64,000 nt of DNA from Alloascoidea hylecoeti (taxonomy: Eukaryota), in NCBI GenBank assembly GCA_001600815.1, contig BCKZ01000016.1, positions 485,077 to 549,076 on the forward strand, given 5' to 3'. Under the pieces are notes generated by a model. That model was given only the letters and a program-made list of their open reading frames with translations, had not been told where the DNA came from and did no database searches. Every line of letters starts with the position of its first letter. The stretch's first letter is position 1. The translations under genes and the position numbers were made by a program. Positions 57,901 through 64,000 of the stretch are shown here, piece by piece.

Positions 57901-59169
57901 ATGTTTCCAGCTTAATAGTTGGGACATGCTAGTAGCACTTCCAACAAACACAGTTCTGTTATCCATAATTGTCATGGACGAAGGTGTAGGAACTGTTATA
58001 TCCGTTTCAAGTTTTGTGACAGTTATGCCTTTCACAGATCTACCTTCCAATCTAAAGTCCACTGTATAAAAAGAACCATCATCTAGTATCAACAAAACTT
58101 TTTCTTTTTCTCCTATCATTGTAGTTGCCTTACATCCTTCTAGAAAAATCCCTTGGTCAGAACTATCAAGAAGCTTAAAGTCGGTTGAGATAGCTGCAAA
58201 CTTATTTACGGCCACACCTAATGTTTTTCCTGAAGTATCAACATGAACCAATACATTTGAACCTATCAACAAAGAGCCATTCAGAGATTCGGACAATGGG
58301 ACTATAGTATTTATATCATAGGGTAGGTTATTAACCGATAAAATAGCTGTAGAGGACCGTTGTTGTAAATCAATAGATAGCACGAGATATCTCATTGTAT
58401 CTTTTCTGTTCATCAAGTTTCCCGAACATGTAACTTCATGTTGATAAAGTACCCCAATCGTAGGTTCTCTGTATTGATAAAGAAAATTGCTATCAATTAC
58501 ATTTCCCACGGATTCATCTAATGTCGCAATAGGTAGCACAAAGCTGGGTTGTGAAATAGTCTCTGTAAGTACATTTGTATCCATTAAAGAGTCATCCTGC
58601 TGAAATGATAGAAAGCTGAGTTGATCACCAGGTAATAAAACACAAGCACAGTTATTATTTGGATCAATTTTCAATTTACACTCCAAAGATTCGATGGAGT
58701 CATAAAAGCATAATTCTGATATCTTTTTCTCGTAATAATGTAAACTAACTGTTGTTAATGACAAGGTTTCAAAATCCCATTTCACTAGAGATACTTTTGC
58801 CGTTTTAAAAGCAATTAGGAGATAATCAATATCTTTATCGGCTGATGTTCTAATTTTTCCAAGATCCGTGATTATGCCCTGAAGTTGAAATTGAGCCATC
58901 AGGACCATTTTGGTAGAGTAAAGTTCCATCGAACGTTCCAACCCCAATTCGCCGGTCATGAACGAGTCTGTCTCTCCAGCTAGTTTTGTTATTGTTTCAC
59001 CATTTGGCACGTTGTGGGCTAATGCTACATCTACACTTTTGAACTTCACCAGCTTGAATATTTGTAGTAATGATGATTTTGCTACAACCAAGTTTTGTTC
59101 TCCTGTAAAGTTACAATGTAAACTATCAGTAACAACAGTTGAATCTGTCAAGGACTTGTAAGCAAACAT
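54997..59169 (-). CDS. CFT1: Cleavage and polyadenylation factor subunit Cft1 (CPSF160), 2 exons
   Basis: Exon 1 59169-55663, intron 55662-55600 (GTAAGT..TACTAAC..TAG), exon 2 55599-54997 (GFD/AEPYRM). TVSLHYYE, VVPEPGKPETNRKFK and HYAGLNP. Confidence 0.93.
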
Positions 59170-59264
59170 ATTTGAAATACAAAATATTTACATGTTACAT
59201 AGTGTGAAATAAATTATATTAACAACATAGTTACCCTACTTCCACTTCTACCTTGGATTTGAGT

Positions 59265-60463
59265 TCATTTTTCTTTTGTCCAGCCATAAGTAGCAGCGAG
59301 TCTTTTGTCCAAATGCTCCTTGGCAGTTAATGGCTTCTCGTTGGCCGCATTTGCACCTCTTCCAGTGACTCCGCGAGTGATGTCACTGGGAACTGGGACT
59401 AAGGGCGTGTTGTCTTCTGGATGTACGAAGTAGGCCATAGAATATCTATCTTGTCCTGTTTCCTGAGATTTCTTTGGAAATTTGACTCTGTGTATTGTAG
59501 AGTGTAAGATTCCCGCAGTCCAATAGCTCAATTGATCACCAATGTTGACCACCAATGGAGGGGCATCCTCGGGTTTCTCTGAACCAATATACGGAACCGG
59601 AGTCCAGCTATTGGTGATTGGGGAAAAGATTTCTAAACCCTCTTGGCCTTGCTGTTGGAAAAGAAGAGTCAGACTACCATAATCTGTATGGGCACCTGCC
59701 CTAATAACCTCTTGTGGGTCAGCACTTTTCTGTCCAGGATAATATAGCATTCTCAAAATAGAACCAGATGGTTTACCAACACGGTGCCTATCAGACAACC
59801 AATTCGATCCTCCTTGGTCTTCATCAATTTTTAATCCTTTTGCGAATAACCGAAGCATCCTGATAGCTGTGTCGTGAAGTTTTCTTTGGATGTTATTAAT
59901 GAGATCAATGTTTTCTTCGAAAATTGGAGATAACTCGTGATTTGGTCGACCGGTATAGAACCCTCCAAAATTAAATGCTCTGAGATTAAATCAATGTTAG
60001 AAAAATACTTCATTTATGCCAAACTCTACAAATAACATACTCCTTTGGATCACCCTTTTGTTGTGTTTCAGGATCAAGACTAATTGTGATAAGACGTTAA
60101 CATACGCATACTAAGTATGATAAATTAGCATCACATTTCTTACATTTCTCGGTTCAAACAGCTGTAACCAACATTATTATCGGTTATATTGTAGGGCACT
60201 TTTTGATCGGTTGGGAGGTCAAAGAACTGTTTTGACTACTCGAATTAAGAATAATTAGTATTCGTTGACATCTTTACATTGACGATGCCCTTGAAGTTTT
60301 AACATACCAAGGCAAAATAGCTCTCAATTTCCTTTTTTGTAAAACCATGACCGGTGATAAACATGAAACCATTATTTTTGGCAGCATCTAAAAGATCATT
60401 AGCTGTTTCTGTGTCGAAGGATGAAATATCAATAATTTTTAAAGGATTTTCAGGAGTGCTCAT
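59265..60463 (-). CDS. 2-oxoglutarate/Fe(II)-dependent dioxygenase (DIOX_N plus 2OG-FeII_Oxy, IPNS-like), 4 exons
   Basis: Exons 60463-60308, 60235-60144, 60079-60041 and 59979-59265 splice in frame (MSTPENPLKIIDIS..GFMFITGHG..FFDLP..GDPKEAFNFG). HTDYGSLTLLFQ, HSTIHRV and RYSMAYF give the HxD..H and RxS motifs. Confidence 0.9.
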
Positions 60464-61101
60464 GTTTTTAGCAATTGGACTATTTTATAGGACTAATGTT
60501 AAGTGATTGTCGATCTGAGCATAAAACTTGCTAAAAAAGTTGGTAAGAACTTAGAAGGAAGATTGTCTTATCTACATCTAGTTAATTAATTAAATTTTAT
60601 TTAGTTTTATTGTTAATTATTTTACTTTATTGGTTAAAAAATTAATCACGTGATAGATATAAATCTAGCCTGTAGCGTTAAAATTGTTTTCCCGTTTAGA
60701 TTGTTCGTCATTATCAATATAATATTAAGATAGACAAACAGACGTTCACAGTTCAGTTTCACTCTTAACGTGTAAACCTGTTGATAAACTTTATTTAAGA
60801 ATGTCTCATCGAAATTTTTGACTAGTACCATTCGAAAAAAACAATAAAAAATCCATTCATAAAGGAAAATGCTATCCTATTATTTATTTATATAAATCTC
60901 AAATATATATAGGGCCTAATTATAAAATATAAATATCCATGATGTGCGTGCACTGTATCTAAAATTTTATCTTCATTAATATTTCATTGTGCGGGTGTCT
61001 ATCCTCCAATATTCATCTGTAGTGCTAGACTTTATTGTCTAAACATATAATTGCGTGCATGCGTTAAAAATTTCTTACAGAAAAAAAAAAGGAATTCATA
61101 A

Positions 61102-63492
61102 CTAGTCAAATAAATTCTTCAACTCCTTAAAGCTCAATTTTCCTAATCCAAGATTCATACTCTTACCGCCTTCGGTAACAGATTTGGCCAAGGCACGTTT
61201 TTGTTCTTGGAGTAACATGATTTTTTCTTCAACTGTATCTTTTACTACCAGTTGAACTACATCAACATCCCTTGTTTGCCCCATTCTGTGAACTCTATCA
61301 ATGGCCTGTTCTATAATCTGAGGATTCCACCAAGGATCCATAATAACAACTTGGGAGGCACACGTAAGGTTCAATCCCAAAGCTCCACATTTTAATGAAC
61401 ATAACAATACAGTAACATCTGAATCTGAACGTAGCTTAGATAAGGAGTAGTCGCGCTTAGCTCGAGTCATTTTACCATCATAACGAACAAAACTGTACTT
61501 CTTAGCTCGCAGTGTAGGCTCTATTAAGTCAAGCATGGTTGTAAATTGAGAGAATATGATTGTTTTTCTCTTTGGTTCTTCATCTAGGATTTTGATTACC
61601 TCTTTGATTTTTGAAGAGGTAGATAAATCGATATCATCCTCCCCCAATAAAAGAGATGATTTTTGAAGAGCTAAACCTCCCATCAAGTCAGCCAAACCTC
61701 CCAAATCATCTTCTGGAATTTTGTTAATTTCATTAGTAGAATCGCCAGCCTCTAGATAATCTTTTAAATCATCACCATCTATTCCAGTGGCAAGCTTATA
61801 ATGATCACACGCCTGTCTTAATCTCAATAGTAAAAGCAATGCACTCATATAACTAGTTTTGGCATTCTCCTCAGACTTCATTTTTTCGCTAACCCTAGCT
61901 GCTAAGGTTTCATAGAACCCTCGCTCAAATCTATTGAAGGATATATTTTTCACTTTCACGTTTCTTTTTGGTAAATTGAAAGCACTGCTCTTGGCCATTA
62001 AAATAGCTTTTGTACGTCGTAACATTATTGCTTTGAGAACAACATGCAGTCTCTGCATTGCAATATCTACCACTTTCTGGTTTCCACTCGTAATAGGAGT
62101 TGCAATTTTAGACTTGAACGTGGAAAGGTCGTCAAACGGTGGTATTCTTAAAAATTGAAACAACGACTGTAGTTCCGTAATATTATTTTGAATAGGAGTT
62201 CCTGTGAGACACCAACGGCGATCACCTTTAAGATTATATGTGGCAATTGTAGTCTTTGCTGTTCGATTTTTTATAGTATGAGCTTCATCGAGAATAATTC
62301 TCCACCACTTAGGACCAAATATAGGATTTTCAGACTTAGGGATCCTACTAGATTTGGTGCTATAGGAATTATATTCAGACATCACGATCTGATATGTAGT
62401 AATCACAACATCAAAATCTTTTAACTTTTGGTATGATTTAACCCTTGATGGGCCATGATGAACGGTGACCGTCAATGAAGGAGCTTTCTCATTTATCTCA
62501 TCGCGCCATTGAGTAGCCAAAGCTAAAGGAGCAACGACTAAAGTAGTTTTAATTCTTTCAGAAATTCCCTCGCTTATTGAATCTTCACCTGAGCCCTCAT
62601 CTAAATCTAGTGATTGTGACTTTAGATCTTTTACTTTGGCAGGATTTTTCAAAATTAATGATATTGATTGAATTGTTTTACCAAGCCCCATATCATCACA
62701 GAGAAGACCACCTTTAGCTTCAACCTTTTTTTTTTCTCTTCTCCTGAGAAATTTTACACCCTTTACCTGGTGAGGTAATAATTTGACTTTAAGGCCTGGC
62801 ACATATCTATCCTCTTGTTCTTGTTCTTTTTCTTTCTCTTCGTCTTCTTCTTCGTTATTGTTAAGAGCATCTAGTAGAGATTTCAAAGCTTTCGTTGTGT
62901 CAATCTTTGTTCGATATGGTGAAGGAAATGCTTCGCCAGAGTCTGTAGATTTCGATTTTGGAGAACCAAAACGGTAACTATCCGAAACATATTGAACATT
63001 TCTTGATTCAGAGGCAAGAATCCGTCGTGCAGTCATAACAGGGCTTTCAATCCGTGTCACCGTTTGTGAGTGATCAGGCATTAATATTGGCTTTTTAGAC
63101 CAGCCAGGGTTCTTCGGCGTCATTGGAGTGAAAAACTCGTTTCTTTGATCATAAGACAAAGTAGATGTTTTATTGGGGGCATGCTTACTGGGGCGACTCA
63201 AGGATGAAAAGTTTTTCTTGGGAATGAAAAGAGGATTTCTTAAGGGAGAAGTCTTCCCAAATGATGCAGAAGTATGTGCTGGAAATTGTTTTGTTTTCTG
63301 AGGATCATTAACTCTTTGAAACAGACTTGATTTGTTTAAAGGTCTGGAAGGTCCAGTGTATTCAACAAAATCAGGAAGTGTTTCTTTCGATTTTCCAGTT
63401 GATTTCGACTGCGGTTTATTGACCGTAATATCTCTAAGCTTGTCAGATACTATCTGAAAATCATCAAAGGATTTATAATCATTTCTATTCAT
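61102..63492 (-). CDS. SNF2-family ATPase of the Rad5/16-like group, lacking a RING finger
   Basis: GGLLCDDMGLGKT, ILDEAH, CLTGTPIQN, LRLRQAC, GALGLNL and DPWWNP..QAIDRVHRMGQ. First ATG is at 63492. Confidence 0.9.
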   Translation of the reverse strand: MNRNDYKSFDDFQIVSDKLRDITVNKPQSKSTGKSKETLPDFVEYTGPSRPLNKSSLFQRVNDPQKTKQFPAHTSASFGKTSPLRNPLFIPKKNFSSLSRPSKHAPNKTSTLSYDQRNEFFTPMTPKNPGWSKKPILMPDHSQTVTRIESPVMTARRILASESRNVQYVSDSYRFGSPKSKSTDSGEAFPSPYRTKIDTTKALKSLLDALNNNEEEDEEKEKEQEQEDRYVPGLKVKLLPHQVKGVKFLRRREKKKVEAKGGLLCDDMGLGKTIQSISLILKNPAKVKDLKSQSLDLDEGSGEDSISEGISERIKTTLVVAPLALATQWRDEINEKAPSLTVTVHHGPSRVKSYQKLKDFDVVITTYQIVMSEYNSYSTKSSRIPKSENPIFGPKWWRIILDEAHTIKNRTAKTTIATYNLKGDRRWCLTGTPIQNNITELQSLFQFLRIPPFDDLSTFKSKIATPITSGNQKVVDIAMQRLHVVLKAIMLRRTKAILMAKSSAFNLPKRNVKVKNISFNRFERGFYETLAARVSEKMKSEENAKTSYMSALLLLLRLRQACDHYKLATGIDGDDLKDYLEAGDSTNEINKIPEDDLGGLADLMGGLALQKSSLLLGEDDIDLSTSSKIKEVIKILDEEPKRKTIIFSQFTTMLDLIEPTLRAKKYSFVRYDGKMTRAKRDYSLSKLRSDSDVTVLLCSLKCGALGLNLTCASQVVIMDPWWNPQIIEQAIDRVHRMGQTRDVDVVQLVVKDTVEEKIMLLQEQKRALAKSVTEGGKSMNLGLGKLSFKELKNLFD

Positions 63493-63534
63493 GATCGTGA
63501 ATATATGGTATAAGCCAAAGAAAGGCAAACAAAC

Positions 63535-63570
63535 AAGTAAGTAAGTAAGTAAGTAAGTAAGTATAAGTAA
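63535..63570. repeat. (AAGT)n tetranucleotide microsatellite just upstream of the SNF2 gene
   Basis: Seven perfect AAGT units at 63535-63562 plus a degenerate unit. Confidence 0.9.
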
Positions 63571-64000
63571 TTTTGATTACCCTGCTAGATATCTAGAACC
63601 AGGGTACACTTATATAATAAGTAAAAGGTACAGTTTTGTATTATGTCATGCTGAGGTAAGCACACAATATTATCAAACATGCGCCTATTCACCACGGCAT
63701 AACTAATTAAGCTTTGGGTCAATATTATCAACACCGCTGGCAAAAATGTTACAGGAACCGAAAGGAAAACAGCAAGTGATCATCCGTAGTGCGAATTAAA
63801 CAATTTGATTAGACTGGATTTTTCCAATTGCAATATTCAACAAACGCGTCCAACAGCGTGTGAAATTTCTTACACCACCAAAGCTGAATATTAATGGAAC
63901 ACCAAATAATGCGATGATCCTAAAGGCGACCATATGAGCATAACAATATTACATGAATTATATATTCTTAAAGAATCTAATTGTATGTCTTATCCTTAAA

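Noticed and set aside
63535..63570. Tandem GTAAGT splice-donor-like array
   Set aside because: It is a simple (AAGT)n microsatellite, and the adjacent gene is on the opposite strand.

Overview
Gene-dense, AT-rich nuclear DNA from a fungus, most likely an intron-rich, early-diverging budding yeast (Saccharomycotina). The standard code is supported because CTG encodes the invariant Leu of GLDAAGKT in ARF6. I can support 26 protein-coding genes, mostly housekeeping: INP52/53-like (5' partial), ARF6, RKI1, NST1, TMA46, PTC5, a CRIB/Gic-like protein, MED21, a YDR306C-like F-box protein, an uncharacterised fungal membrane protein, RPS27, YUH1, THP3, YPK3, an Ebp1/AFF-like protein, HMX1, an alpha/beta hydrolase, mS38/COX24, NOT2, FAP7, CSC1, NRP1, a divergent Hsp20-like protein, GPI11, CFT1, a 2OG-Fe(II) oxygenase and a RING-less SNF2 helicase. 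I reconstructed 20 short spliceosomal introns (54-112 nt) by hand; these join ORFs that the track shows as fragments. I found no convincing tRNA, rRNA, CRISPR array or intact mobile element, and no clearly new multi-gene system. The best leads are: a non-AUG, mitochondrial-presequence-like extension on RKI1; an alpha/beta hydrolase whose only nearby ATG needs a +1 shift; an AFF4/Ebp1-like elongation scaffold; a divergent small heat-shock protein with a PACE element; MTS plus PTS1 on Ptc5; AAG acceptors and a GTCTGT donor; and faint Tc1/pogo-like relics. Family assignments come from motif recognition, not database searches.
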